Shown here: piece after piece, positions 30,207-46,125 of the stretch
Numbering within the stretch: the first letter of the stretch is position 1
Layout: each line of letters opens with the position of its first letter
NCBI GenBank assembly: GCA_964016885.1
Contig: OZ024754.1
Span: forward strand, 27,466,001 to 27,530,000
Length of the DNA: 64,000 nucleotides
Direction of reading: 5' to 3'
Origin: Eledone cirrhosa
Lineage: Eukaryota
Notes under the pieces: model-generated
The model's database searches: none
What the model was told of the DNA's origin: nothing
The model's input: the letters and a program-made list of their open reading frames with translations, nothing else
Translations under genes and position numbers: made by a program

Positions 30207-32585
30207 TACCTATCTTCCGGCCTCTCTAGAGAATCGTGAAAGCACATATCGCTATATGCTTTTTCCATGAAAATTAGTAGTGGGCAGACCAATTTGCATA
30301 GAGCGTGAGTACGTACCGGTTCAACGGAGACGATAAAAACAAATAACGAAACGAAATTAAATTTCGTTTCGTTTGTAACTCACTTTTGTATGACTGACGC
30401 TTAAACAATTAAGTTAAAAATGTACATCCACATATGTATACTGAAATACTAGTATGCATATGAATACACACACGTGTACATATGTAGATGTACCGAGTTT
30501 TCACTGGTCACTTTACTGTGAGTGTCCAGCTATTCTGTATGTAAACACACAGACAAACCGGTTTTTAGAGTCATACTGGTTTTTGAGGAAACACCTTTCC
30601 TCTATTCTCCAGAAAGCCAGACAAGGAATATTGGACTAGTTTCGATGTTGTTACATCTCATCAGCAATATTTACCTATCTTCCGGCCTCTCTAGAGAATC
30701 GTGAAAGCACATATCGCTATATGCTTTTTCCATGAAAATTAGTAGTGGGCAGACCAATTTGCATAGAGCGTGAGTACGTACCGGTTCAACGGAGACGATA
30801 AAAACAAATAACGAAACGAAATTAAATTTCGTTTCGTTTGTAACTCACTTTTGTATGACTGACGCTTAAACAATTAAGTTAAAAATGTACATCCACATAT
30901 GTATACTGAAATACTAGTATGCATATGAATACACACACGTGTACATATGTAGATGTACCGAGTTTTCACTGGTCACTTTACTGTGAGTGTCCAGCTATTC
31001 TGTATGTAAACACACAGACAAACCGGTTTTTAGAGTCATACTGGTTTTTGAGGAAACACCTTTCCTCTATTCTCCAGAAAGCCAGACAAGGAATATTGGA
31101 CTAGTTTCGATGTTGTTACATCTCATCAGCAATATTTACCTATCTTCCGGCCTCTCTAGAGAATCGTGAAAGCACATATCGCTATATGCTTTTTCCATGA
31201 AAATTAGTAGTGGGCAGACCAATTTGCATAGAGCGTGAGTACGTACCGGTTCAACGGAGACGATAAAAACAAATAACGAAACGAAATTAAATTTCGTTTC
31301 GTTTGTAACTCACTTTTGTATGACTGACGCTTAAACAATTAAGTTAAAAATGTACATCCACATATGTATACTGAAATACTAGTATGCATATGAATACACA
31401 CACGTGTACATATGTAGATGTACCGAGTTTTCACTGGTCACTTTACTGTGAGTGTCCAGCTATTCTGTATGTAAACACACAGACAAACCGGTTTTTAGAG
31501 TCATACTGGTTTTTGAGGAAACACCTTTCCTCTATTCTCCAGAAAGCCAGACAAGGAATATTGGACTAGTTTCGATGTTGTTACATCTCATCAGCAATAT
31601 TTACCTATCTTCCGGCCTCTCTAGAGAATCGTGAAAGCACATATCGCTATATGCTTTTTCCATGAAAATTAGTAGTGGGCAGACCAATTTGCATAGAGCG
31701 TGAGTACGTACCGGTTCAACGGAGACGATAAAAACAAATAACGAAACGAAATTAAATTTCGTTTCGTTTGTAACTCACTTTTGTATGACTGACGCTTAAA
31801 CAATTAAGTTAAAAATGTACATCCACATATGTATACTGAAATACTAGTATGCATATGAATACACACACGTGTACATATGTAGATGTACCGAGTTTTCACT
31901 GGTCACTTTACTGTGAGTGTCCAGCTATTCTGTATGTAAACACACAGACAAATCGGTTTTTAGAGTCATACTGGTTTTTGAGGAAACACCTTTCCTCTAT
32001 TCTCCAGAAAGCCAGACAAGGAATATTGGACTAGTTTCGATGTTGTTACATCTCATCAGCAATATTTACCTATCTTCCGGCCTCTCTAGAGAATCGTGAA
32101 AGCACATATCGCTATATGCTTTTTCCATGAAAATTAGTAGTGGGCATCGAAACTAGTCCAATATTCCTTGTCTGGCTTTCTGGAGAATAGAGGAAAGGTG
32201 TTTCCTCAAAAACCAGTATGACTCTAAAAACCGGTTTGTCTGTGTGTTTACATACAGAATAGCTGGACACTCACAGTAAAGTGACCAGTGAAAACTCGGT
32301 ACATCTACATATGTACACGTGTGTGTATTCATATGCATACTAGTATTTCAGTATACATATGTGGATGTACATTTTTAACTTAATTGTTTAAGCGTCAGTC
32401 ATACAAAAGTGAGTTACAAACGAAACGAAATTTAATTTCGTTTCGTTATTTGTTTTTATCGTCTCCGTTGAACCGGTACGTACTCACGCTCTATGCAAAT
32501 TGGTCTGCCCACTACTAATTTTCATGGAAAAAGCATATAGCGATATGTGCTTTCACGATTCTCTAGAGAGGCCGGAAGATAGGTA

Positions 32586-32630
32586 AATATTGCTGATGAG
32601 ATGTAACAACATCGAAACTAGTCCAATATT
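32586..32630 (+). ncRNA. Type I hammerhead ribozyme (13 copies every 465 bp up to 38166-38210)
   Basis: AATATTG-CTGATGA-GATGT(AACA)ACATC-GAAA-CTA-GTC|CAATATT; perfect stems I and II; ACTAGT palindrome in stem III. Confidence 0.95.
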
Positions 32631-35600
32631 CCTTGTCTGGCTTTCTGGAGAATAGAGGAAAGGTGTTTCCTCAAAAACCAGTATGACTCTAAAAACCGGT
32701 TTGTCTGTGTGTTTACATACAGAATAGCTGGACACTCACAGTAAAGTGACCAGTGAAAACTCGGTACATCTACATATGTACACGTGTGTGTATTCATATG
32801 CATACTAGTATTTCAGTATACATATGTGGATGTACATTTTTAACTTAATTGTTTAAGCGTCAGTCATACAAAAGTGAGTTACAAACGAAACGAAATTTAA
32901 TTTCGTTTCGTTATTTGTTTTTATCGTCTCCGTTGAACCGGTACGTACTCACGCCCTATGCAAATTGGTCTGCCCACTACTAATTTTCATGGAAAAAGCA
33001 TATAGCGATATGTGCTTTCACGATTCTCTAGAGAGGCCGGAAGATAGGTAAATATTGCTGATGAGATGTAACAACATCGAAACTAGTCCAATATTCCTTG
33101 TCTGGCTTTCTGGAGAATAGAGGAAAGGTGTTTCCTCAAAAACCAGTATGACTCTAAAAACCGGTTTGTCTGTGTGTTTACATACAGAATAGCTGGACAC
33201 TCACAGTAAAGTGACCAGTGAAAACTCGGTACATCTACATATGTACACGTGTGTGTATTCATATGCATACTAGTATTTCAGTATACATATGTGGATGTAC
33301 ATTTTTAACTTAATTGTTTAAGCGTCAGTCATACAAAAGTGAGTTACAAACGAAACGAAATTTAATTTCGTTTCGTTATTTGTTTTTATCGTCTCCGTTG
33401 AACCGGTACGTACTCACGCTCTATGCAAATTGGTCTGCCCACTACTAATTTTCATGGAAAAAGCATATAGCGATTTGTGCTTTCACGATTCTCTAGAGAG
33501 GCCGGAAGATAGGTAAATATTGCTGATGAGATGTAACAACATCGAAACTAGTCCAATATTCCTTGTCTGGCTTTCTGGAGAATAGAGGAAAGGTGTTTCC
33601 TCAAAAACCAGTATGACTCTAAAAACCGGTTTGTCTGTGTGTTTACATACAGAATAGCTGGACACTCACAGTAAAGTGACCAGTGAAAACTCGGTACATC
33701 TACATATGTACACGTGTGTGTATTCATATGCATACTAGTATTTCAGTATACATATGTGGATGTACATTTTTAACTTAATTGTTTAAGCGTCAGTCATACA
33801 AAAGTGAGTTACAAACGAAACGAAATTTAATTTCGTTTCGTTATTTGTTTTTATCGTCTCCGTTGAACCGGTACGTACTCACGCTCTATGCAAATTGGTC
33901 TGCCCACTACTAATTTTCATGGAAAAAGCATATAGCGATATGTGCTTTCACGATTCTCTAGAGAGGCCGGAAGATAGGTAAATATTGCTGATGAGATGTA
34001 ACAACATCGAAACTAGTCCAATATTCCTTGTCTGGCTTTCTGGAGAATAGAGGAAAGGTGTTTCCTCAAAAACCAGTATGACTCTAAAAACCGGTTTGTC
34101 TGTGTGTTTACATACAGAATAGCTGGACACTCACAGTAAAGTGACCAGTGAAAACTCGGTACATCTACATATGTACACGTGTGTGTATTCATATGCATAC
34201 TAGTATTTCAGTATACATATGTGGATGTACATTTTTAACTTAATTGTTTAAGCGTCAGTCATACAAAAGTGAGTTACAAACGAAACGAAATTTAATTTCG
34301 TTTCGTTATTTGTTTTTATCGTCTCCGTTGAACCGGTACGTACTCACGCCCTATGCAAATTGGTCTGCCCACTACTAATTTTCATGGAAAAAGCATATAG
34401 CGATATGTGCTTTCACGATTCTCTAGAGAGGCCGGAAGATAGGTAAATATTGCTGATGAGATGTAACAACATCGAAACTAGTCCAATATTCCTTGTCTGG
34501 CTTTCTGGAGAATAGAGGAAAGGTGTTTCCTCAAAAACCAGTATGACTCTAAAAACCGGTTTGTCTGTGTGTTTACATACAGAATAGCTGGACACTCACA
34601 GTAAAGTGACCAGTGAAAACTCGGTACATCTACATATGTACACGTGTGTGTATTCATATGCATACTAGTATTTCAGTATACATATGTGGATGTACATTTT
34701 TAACTTAATTGTTTAAGCGTCAGTCATACAAAAGTGAGTTACAAACGAAACGAAATTTAATTTCGTTTCGTTATTTGTTTTTATCGTCTCCGTTGAACCG
34801 GTACGTACTCACGCTCTATGCAAATTGGTCTGCCCACTACTAATTTTCATGGAAAAAGCATATAGCGATTTGTGCTTTCACGATTCTCTAGAGAGGCCGG
34901 AAGATAGGTAAATATTGCTGATGAGATGTAACAACATCGAAACTAGTCCAATATTCCTTGTCTGGCTTTCTGGAGAATAGAGGAAAGGTGTTTCCTCAAA
35001 AACCAGTATGACTCTAAAAACCGGTTTGTCTGTGTGTTTACATACAGAATAGCTGGACACTCACAGTAAAGTGACCAGTGAAAACTCGGTACATCTACAT
35101 ATGTACACGTGTGTGTATTCATATGCATACTAGTATTTCAGTATACATATGTGGATGTACATTTTTAACTTAATTGTTTAAGCGTCAGTCATACAAAAGT
35201 GAGTTACAAACGAAACGAAATTTAATTTCGTTTCGTTATTTGTTTTTATCGTCTCCGTTGAACCGGTACGTACTCACGCTCTATGCAAATTGGTCTGCCC
35301 ACTACTAATTTTCATGGAAAAAGCATATAGCGATATGTGCTTTCACGATTCTCTAGAGAGGCCGGAAGATAGGTAAATATTGCTGATGAGATGTAACAAC
35401 ATCGAAACTAGTCCAATATTCCTTGTCTGGCTTTCTGGAGAATAGAGGAAAGGTGTTTCCTCAAAAACCAGTATGACTCTAAAAACCGGTTTGTCTGTGT
35501 GTTTACATACAGAATAGCTGGACACTCACAGTAAAGTGACCAGTGAAAACTCGGTACATCTACATATGTACACGTGTGTGTATTCATATGCATACTAGTA

Positions 35601-38497
35601 TTTCAGTATACATATGTGGATGTACATTTTTAACTTAATTGTTTAAGCGTCAGTCATACAAAAGTGAGTTACAAACGAAACGAAATTTAATTTCGTTTCG
35701 TTATTTGTTTTTATCGTCTCCGTTGAACCGGTACGTACTCACGCTCTATGCAAATTGGTCTGCCCACTACTAATTTTCATGGAAAAAGCATATAGCGATA
35801 TGTGCTTTCACGATTCTCTAGAGAGGCCGGAAGATAGGTAAATATTGCTGATGAGATGTAACAACATCGAAACTAGTCCAATATTCCTTGTCTGGCTTTC
35901 TGGAGAATAGAGGAAAGGTGTTTCCTCAAAAACCAGTATGACTCTAAAAACCGGTTTGTCTGTGTGTTTACATACAGAATAGCTGGACACTCACAGTAAA
36001 GTGACCAGTGAAAACTCGGTACATCTACATATGTACACGTGTGTGTATTCATATGCATACTAGTATTTCAGTATACATATGTGGATGTACATTTTTAACT
36101 TAATTGTTTAAGCGTCAGTCATACAAAAGTGAGTTACAAACGAAACGAAATTTAATTTCGTTTCGTTATTTGTTTTTATCGTCTCCGTTGAACCGGTACG
36201 TACTCACGCTCTATGCAAATTGGTCTGCCCACTACTAATTTTCATGGAAAAAGCATATAGCGATATGTGCTTTCACGATTCTCTAGAGAGGCCGGAAGAT
36301 AGGTAAATATTGCTGATGAGATGTAACAACATCGAAACTAGTCCAATATTCCTTGTCTGGCTTTCTGGAGAATAGAGGAAAGGTGTTTCCTCAAAAACCA
36401 GTATGACTCTAAAAACCGGTTTGTCTGTGTGTTTACATACAGAATAGCTGGACACTCACAGTAAAGTGACCAGTGAAAACTCGGTACATCTACATATGTA
36501 CACGTGTGTGTATTCATATGCATACTAGTATTTCAGTATACATATGTGGATGTACATTTTTAACTTAATTGTTTAAGCGTCAGTCATACAAAAGTGAGTT
36601 ACAAACGAAACGAAATTTAATTTCGTTTCGTTATTTGTTTTTATCGTCTCCGTTGAACCGGTACGTACTCACGCTCTATGCAAATTGGTCTGCCCACTAC
36701 TAATTTTCATGGAAAAAGCATATAGCGATATGTGCTTTCACGATTCTCTAGAGAGGCCGGAAGATAGGTAAATATTGCTGATGAGATGTAACAACATCGA
36801 AACTAGTCCAATATTCCTTGTCTGGCTTTCTGGAGAATAGAGGAAAGGTGTTTCCTCAAAAACCAGTATGACTCTAAAAACCGGTTTGTCTGTGTGTTTA
36901 CATACAGAATAGCTGGACACTCACAGTAAAGTGACCAGTGAAAACTCGGTACATCTACATATGTACACGTGTGTGTATTCATATGCATACTAGTATTTCA
37001 GTATACATATGTGGATGTACATTTTTAACTTAATTGTTTAAGCGTCAGTCATACAAAAGTGAGTTACAAACGAAACGAAATTTAATTTCGTTTCGTTATT
37101 TGTTTTTATCGTCTCCGTTGAACCGGTACGTACTCACGCTCTATGCAAATTGGTCTGCCCACTACTAATTTTCATGGAAAAAGCATATAGCGATATGTGC
37201 TTTCACGATTCTCTAGAGAGGCCGGAAGATAGGTAAATATTGCTGATGAGATGTAACAACATCGAAACTAGTCCAATATTCCTTGTCTGGCTTTCTGGAG
37301 AATAGAGGAAAGGTGTTTCCTCAAAAACCAGTATGACTCTAAAAACCGGTTTGTCTGTGTGTTTACATACAGAATAGCTGGACACTCACAGTAAAGTGAC
37401 CAGTGAAAACTCGGTACATCTACATATGTACACGTGTGTGTATTCATATGCATACTAGTATTTCAGTATACATATGTGGATGTACATTTTTAACTTAATT
37501 GTTTAAGCGTCAGTCATACAAAAGTGAGTTACAAACGAAACGAAATTTAATTTCGTTTCGTTATTTGTTTTTATCGTCTCCGTTGAACCGGTACGTACTC
37601 ACGCTCTATGCAAATTGGTCTGCCCACTACTAATTTTCATGGAAAAAGCATATAGCGATATGTGCTTTCACGATTCTCTAGAGAGGCCGGAAGATAGGTA
37701 AATATTGCTGATGAGATGTAACAACATCGAAACTAGTCCAATATTCCTTGTCTGGCTTTCTGGAGAATAGAGGAAAGGTGTTTCCTCAAAAACCAGTATG
37801 ACTCTAAAAACCGGTTTGTCTGTGTGTTTACATACAGAATAGCTGGACACTCACAGTAAAGTGACCAGTGAAAACTCGGTACATCTACATATGTACACGT
37901 GTGTGTATTCATATGCATACTAGTATTTCAGTATACATATGTGGATGTACATTTTTAACTTAATTGTTTAAGCGTCAGTCATACAAAAGTGAGTTACAAA
38001 CGAAACGAAATTTAATTTCGTTTCGTTATTTGTTTTTATCGTCTCCGTTGAACCGGTACGTACTCACGCTCTATGCAAATTGGTCTGCCCACTACTAATT
38101 TTCATGGAAAAAGCATATAGCGATATGTGCTTTCACGATTCTCTAGAGAGGCCGGAAGATAGGTAAATATTGCTGATGAGATGTAACAACATCGAAACTA
38201 GTCCAATATTCCTTGTCTGGCTTTCTGGAGAATAGAGGAAAGGTGTTTCCTCAAAAACCAGTATGACTCTAAAAACCGGTTTGTCTGTGTGTTTACATAC
38301 AGAATAGCTGGACACTCACAGTAAAGTGACCAGTGAAAACTCGGTACATCTACATATGTACACGTGTGTGTATTCATATGCATACTAGTATTTCAGTATA
38401 CATATGTGGATGTACATTTTTAACTTAATTGTTTAAGCGTCAGTCATACAAAAGTGAGTTACAAACGAAACGAAATTTAATTTCGTTTCGTTATTTG

Positions 38498-38548
<51 letters not shown>

Positions 38549-38974
38549 GTATATAGTGGAGACGCTGACATGTAGAAAATGGTAGCGAACTGAATTAAAT
38601 GCTTTTACTATTAAGCGCTTCTTATATACATTAAAATCCCGCTAACATCAATGCTTCCCTTTGAACACTGAAAGATCAATAAAAGTTCCATCGTATCAAG
38701 AGCATTGAAAGTGTTCTATCTCACAGTATTCTTTCTACGACTGAGGAAAACATTTTCAAAGTAAACCGATTCAATCTCACCTTTCTTGTATCTCCTGTTT
38801 ATATTTGGGAAAACAATAAAATTCCAATATCTATTATCGTCATAATATTTATCATTATCTACAATAATATTATAAAAATCAGTTATAGCGCATAGTTTCA
38901 CGGGAGTGGGGAATTTATAGGGTATGTTTATGGAATATATATATATATATATTCTTGTAGAAGCCCTCTCTATA

Positions 38975-39031
<57 letters not shown>

Positions 39032-39035
39032 ATAA

Positions 39036-39090
<55 letters not shown>

Positions 39091-39094
39091 AATA

Positions 39095-39143
<49 letters not shown>

Positions 39144-39152
<9 letters not shown>

Positions 39153-39359
39153 TAACAGATTAAAGTTTAAGCAAAGAATCGCTGCTTTCACCCTTAACGG
39201 GATCTTCTGTAGATCCCGTTAAGGGTGAAAGCAGCGATTCTTTGCTTAAACTTTAATCTGTTATTTTAATAAATATTTGCTCTACGGTTCTTATATATTT
39301 GATATATATTTATCCTTATCGAGCCCTCTTGGAATTTTAGTCTTCAAATTTATTATTAT

Positions 39360-39364
<5 letters not shown>
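39144..39364 (+). mobile_element. Palindromic pLTR remnant with ~93-nt tail
   Basis: ~60-bp perfect arms 39145-39205 and 39211-39271. Confidence 0.75.
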
Positions 39365-39390
<26 letters not shown>

Positions 39391-39393
<3 letters not shown>

Positions 39394-39515
39394 GACTAGA
39401 ACTGTTTCATTCGAAGGAAACAGTTCTAGTCTTGTAGAAACCATTTAAAAATGTATACTCTTCTATGTATTGAGTACCATACTTACTCTGGTTACTCCCG
39501 ATTATACCCGGGATA
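39391..39515 (+). mobile_element. Short fold-back pLTR remnant (5831 family)
   Basis: AAGACTAGAACTGTTTC / GAAACAGTTCTAGTCTT plus the family tail. Confidence 0.65.
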
Positions 39516-39529
39516 CACATATGTCTCTC

Positions 39530-39610
<81 letters not shown>

Positions 39611-39677
39611 ATATATATGTATACATGTATGTGTGTGTATGTATGTGTGTGTATATATGTACATATTTATATATATG

Positions 39678-39715
<38 letters not shown>

Positions 39716-41039
39716 TGTCTGTGTGTCTGTCTGTGTGTGTGTATATATATTCTATAAAAAACCTAGGGCCTCACCTCTATGGTATCCTCCATTGGAATCT
39801 TGACTGATCACCAATATCCGCCTCTGACATCTGGGATTACGGTGCATGGGTCACCTCTCTTCACGTTTTTTCTGGCTGAAGCCGACTCAATCTATCCTGG
39901 ATGATTATCAACACAAGTGCATGTATGTAATAGACCCACTACCGATCCATACCATTCTCACGGACGTCAATCTACGTAAGTCACATCTATTTCTCTATTC
40001 TGATTATAGGTGATGTCGGTTTACTCTTCTCTCTTTGATTAACCACTAAACATGTTGCAACTAGGAATGTGTCTCAAATCAAATCAAAATCTTAAATGTA
40101 AACAACCAGAATTTGATTCAACGAAACATTATTCAAGATTTTACAATTAACTTGCGACCATAAATCGTATGTTGATTTCAGCAAATAAAACAACTAAACT
40201 AAGATAAAATATGAATATAAATAGGATTGACGTCTGAGCAATCATATGGTTCGTTAATGTTTTGTTATTACACCCAAGGAATTTTAGGAGAGGAAATTAA
40301 ATCACTTCTCAGGCTATTTAAGATCGGGGAAGAAAATGTACAATGTATTCCAAATACACATATACAAACTTATCATTTTATAGATTAAAACCATAAATGA
40401 CAACGTGAAACTCTTAACAATTTGACGATGCTTCGCAATCTCAAGTTCGATTTTAATGCATGGTATCTTGAGTATGTGCCATTTATCATTGCCTCTGTAC
40501 GATCCAAGCCTTGTGAGTAGAAGGTGGTATTCGGACAATGTTGGAAGACATTCAAATGAACTTTACCTGGAATACTTTGCTATAAATTGTCGTGGCAATT
40601 ATATTAAGGGTGTATCTGTGTAATGTTCACACACACATGTAAGAGCATTTCATGATCAGATGGTTTAGTTGGTCGAACTAAATACTCATAATTGCAACGA
40701 AATGTTCATCCCAGAAAATGTTCTAACGATGTATTATTTCACTGTAAATATCATATTTAATGATATTTTGTATCAATACATTTTAATATAGCTTCAAGTA
40801 TTGATTTATGAATTTGCCATAAAGCTAAAGGCATTAACGAAGATATAAAACGAGTGTAATATAAGGGAAATCAATCGTGATTATCACTGAATGCCATTAA
40901 AAAAATCGATTAAATGAACGTAAATGGAAATAATGACAATATCATTTCACAAATACGTTTGGCCCATGGGACTCACCGATTTACCCACTTAACGGCCAAC
41001 ACACGTGTGTGCGTATGTGACCACATATTGCAATGATAA

Positions 41040-41420
41040 TTAAAGCATGTAGTATGAAGTCATGAGTTCAATTCCTAGACGGCCAACTTGTTGTTTGCGG
41101 CGTAAGTATAATGATTTGCACTACGTTGCTCCAGTTTGCTCAGCTGGAAGATAATGAGGTATATCTGTAATTCAAAGATTCAGATTTGTTACATACTATG
41201 GCAAGGAAAATCTCACGTAGAATTAGGTTAATGGTACACGTACAGGTGGAATATTCAGTTTTATAGTGTTTGTAACTCAGATGACCGTCACACACTGTCT
41301 CGTTGAATCCTACTGAGAATTGCATTAAAAGTGAACGTGTTTGAGGCATGCTCGGCTACTGGCACATTAATTGCACGAGCAGTCTGTGTCATTGATCAAT
41401 CAACTGGAACCGAGGGAGAT
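41040..41420 (+). mobile_element. Old tRNA-derived SINE-like sequence
   Basis: B-box-like GAGTTCAATTCC at 41064; the rest is diverged. Confidence 0.35.
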
Positions 41421-41873
41421 ACAAAACATACTGGATAACGATATGTATAAGCTATAGAAATATATTTGACTGTATCGAGTTTCTAAATATTTATTCAGAT
41501 TTCTTTCAGTTCAACGGAAATATATTAAACGTGAGAGAGTATATTTATAGATTTATATTCAATGTCACGTTCATTGAAGTGAAAGAGATTTCTGGATGAG
41601 TCAATTAATATAGCGATTAAAGATCCGTAGTATGGAAATTGCAGATCACTAGAATAATTTTCTGAAGTGTCAATAGCGAATACCTGGTCGATATCTGATT
41701 GTATTTTATCTAAATCCACACATAATCCTCAAGTTTTATAATATACGAAAATGGAGTTGTACATACATACATATAAATGTATCTGTTTGTGTGTGTGTGA
41801 GAGAGAGAGTGAGAGAGAGAGAGGGAGAGAGAGGGGAAATAGAAAGAGAGAGAGAGAGTGAGAGAGAGAGGGG

Positions 41874-41928
<55 letters not shown>

Positions 41929-42181
41929 ACCGCATTGATTAGAATCCTTCACCGTGAAAACGATGGAGTGCAAGTATTTTCAACAAGTTTTCGTATATAG
42001 AAAACGATAATATATAATCGCAATTCACTTCCGACATTGTTGCGTCCTTATATGAAGATAACTACTCACATGGGTATTATTATACCAACACTGGGAATCA
42101 TAGACTTAAGCACCTGTATGAATATCAGTATAAGCTTACATTAATCTGTTTCATTGGATTGGAAAAGGAGTATGTATATAT

Positions 42182-42525
42182 ATGAAAAGGGTCCAGGTCG
42201 ATATCCTTATATATAGAGAGAGAACATTTCCCCATTAAGGCCTTTATTGCTTATGCACAGTTACAACCGTTTCACAGATGGGTGGGTCAGGATCCTTATT
42301 AATGTTATAAACCGACCCTAGCCCCAATCTGCTCATCTGATCTGTTAATCAAGCAAGGCCAACATCTAATCAGATAAAATCCATTTGTGAAACTTCTGTA
42401 ACTGTGCATAATCAATAAATATATTAATGTGAAACCTTGTTTTGTACTTGATACATACATTCTGCCATAGCGTAGAGTACTGATTTTGTTACCTTCCTCC
42501 GTAAACCACGAACCTGCTGAATCAT
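42182..42525. mobile_element. Diverged fold-back PLE-type remnant
   Basis: 42243-42281 inverted against 42380-42420; minus-strand CAGATGA...GAAACGGTTGTA. Confidence 0.5.
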
Positions 42526-43139
42526 AATTTAACCATAGTGACTAGTAACAGCCCCTACGGCCTACTATCCTTCACACACACGCACTTATATGTATACCCA
42601 TACACATACACACACACATCTATATTTATACACGCACACATGTTTATACAACCTACCACCTTTCACACTCTTTGTTTTCCAGCTTCTACGGCCCACTATC
42701 TTTCACACACACTCACATACATACACACATACACATATACACACACAGTTACACACACATATATATTTACACACACATATTTTACGGCTTTCACACGCTA
42801 GCGCACCCTATTGATTTAACCCAATTGGTCAGTAGCTTTTGCCACAGCCTATCACGCGCCCGCGCATTCTTTCCCTCGTTTGAATTTTCCCCATAACGGC
42901 ATTCCTAAGTTTTAACGACAATACAACTTTCTCCGGCTTAGCCTGTTCCCCCCCTTTTGGAACTTTTCCCCCGTTGATGGGCGTGAGCCCGAAATATTGG
43001 GATTAAATCTCCTCTACGGTAACCCTTCTACCTTTGTTTTGTTTTCATTTTCATTTTCACTTTTCTCCTATTTCTCACTCACTTCTTACCTCGAGATTTC
43101 CCATCTGCCTTGTTGTGGCATTCTAAACTACATATTTTA
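42526..43139 (+). mobile_element. Solo pseudo-LTR of the 46118-49848 element, in opposite orientation
   Basis: Near-identical reverse complement of 49249-49848. Confidence 0.9.
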
Positions 43140-43155
43140 TATATATATATATATA

Positions 43156-45597
<2,442 letters not shown>

Positions 45598-45627
45598 TAT
45601 ATATAATTATATATATATATATATATA

Positions 45628-45760
<133 letters not shown>

Positions 45761-45970
45761 CTGCTCTGTATAACAACTGATGTTATTACATTGAGCTATT
45801 TAACTTACTGGTAATAGGATAGTAATTAAAGATTATCTCTCACTATTTAGGGTTTGTGTATATATAATATATTACCATCAAAGGTTTTATTGCATACATA
45901 ACCATAAATAGTACCCTTAATTCTATATATATATATATATATATATAATTATAAATATATATATACATAC

Positions 45971-46027
<57 letters not shown>

Positions 46028-46087
46028 TATATATATATATATATATATAATTATATATATATATATAATTATATATATATATATATA

Positions 46088-46117
<30 letters not shown>

Positions 46118-46125
<8 letters not shown>

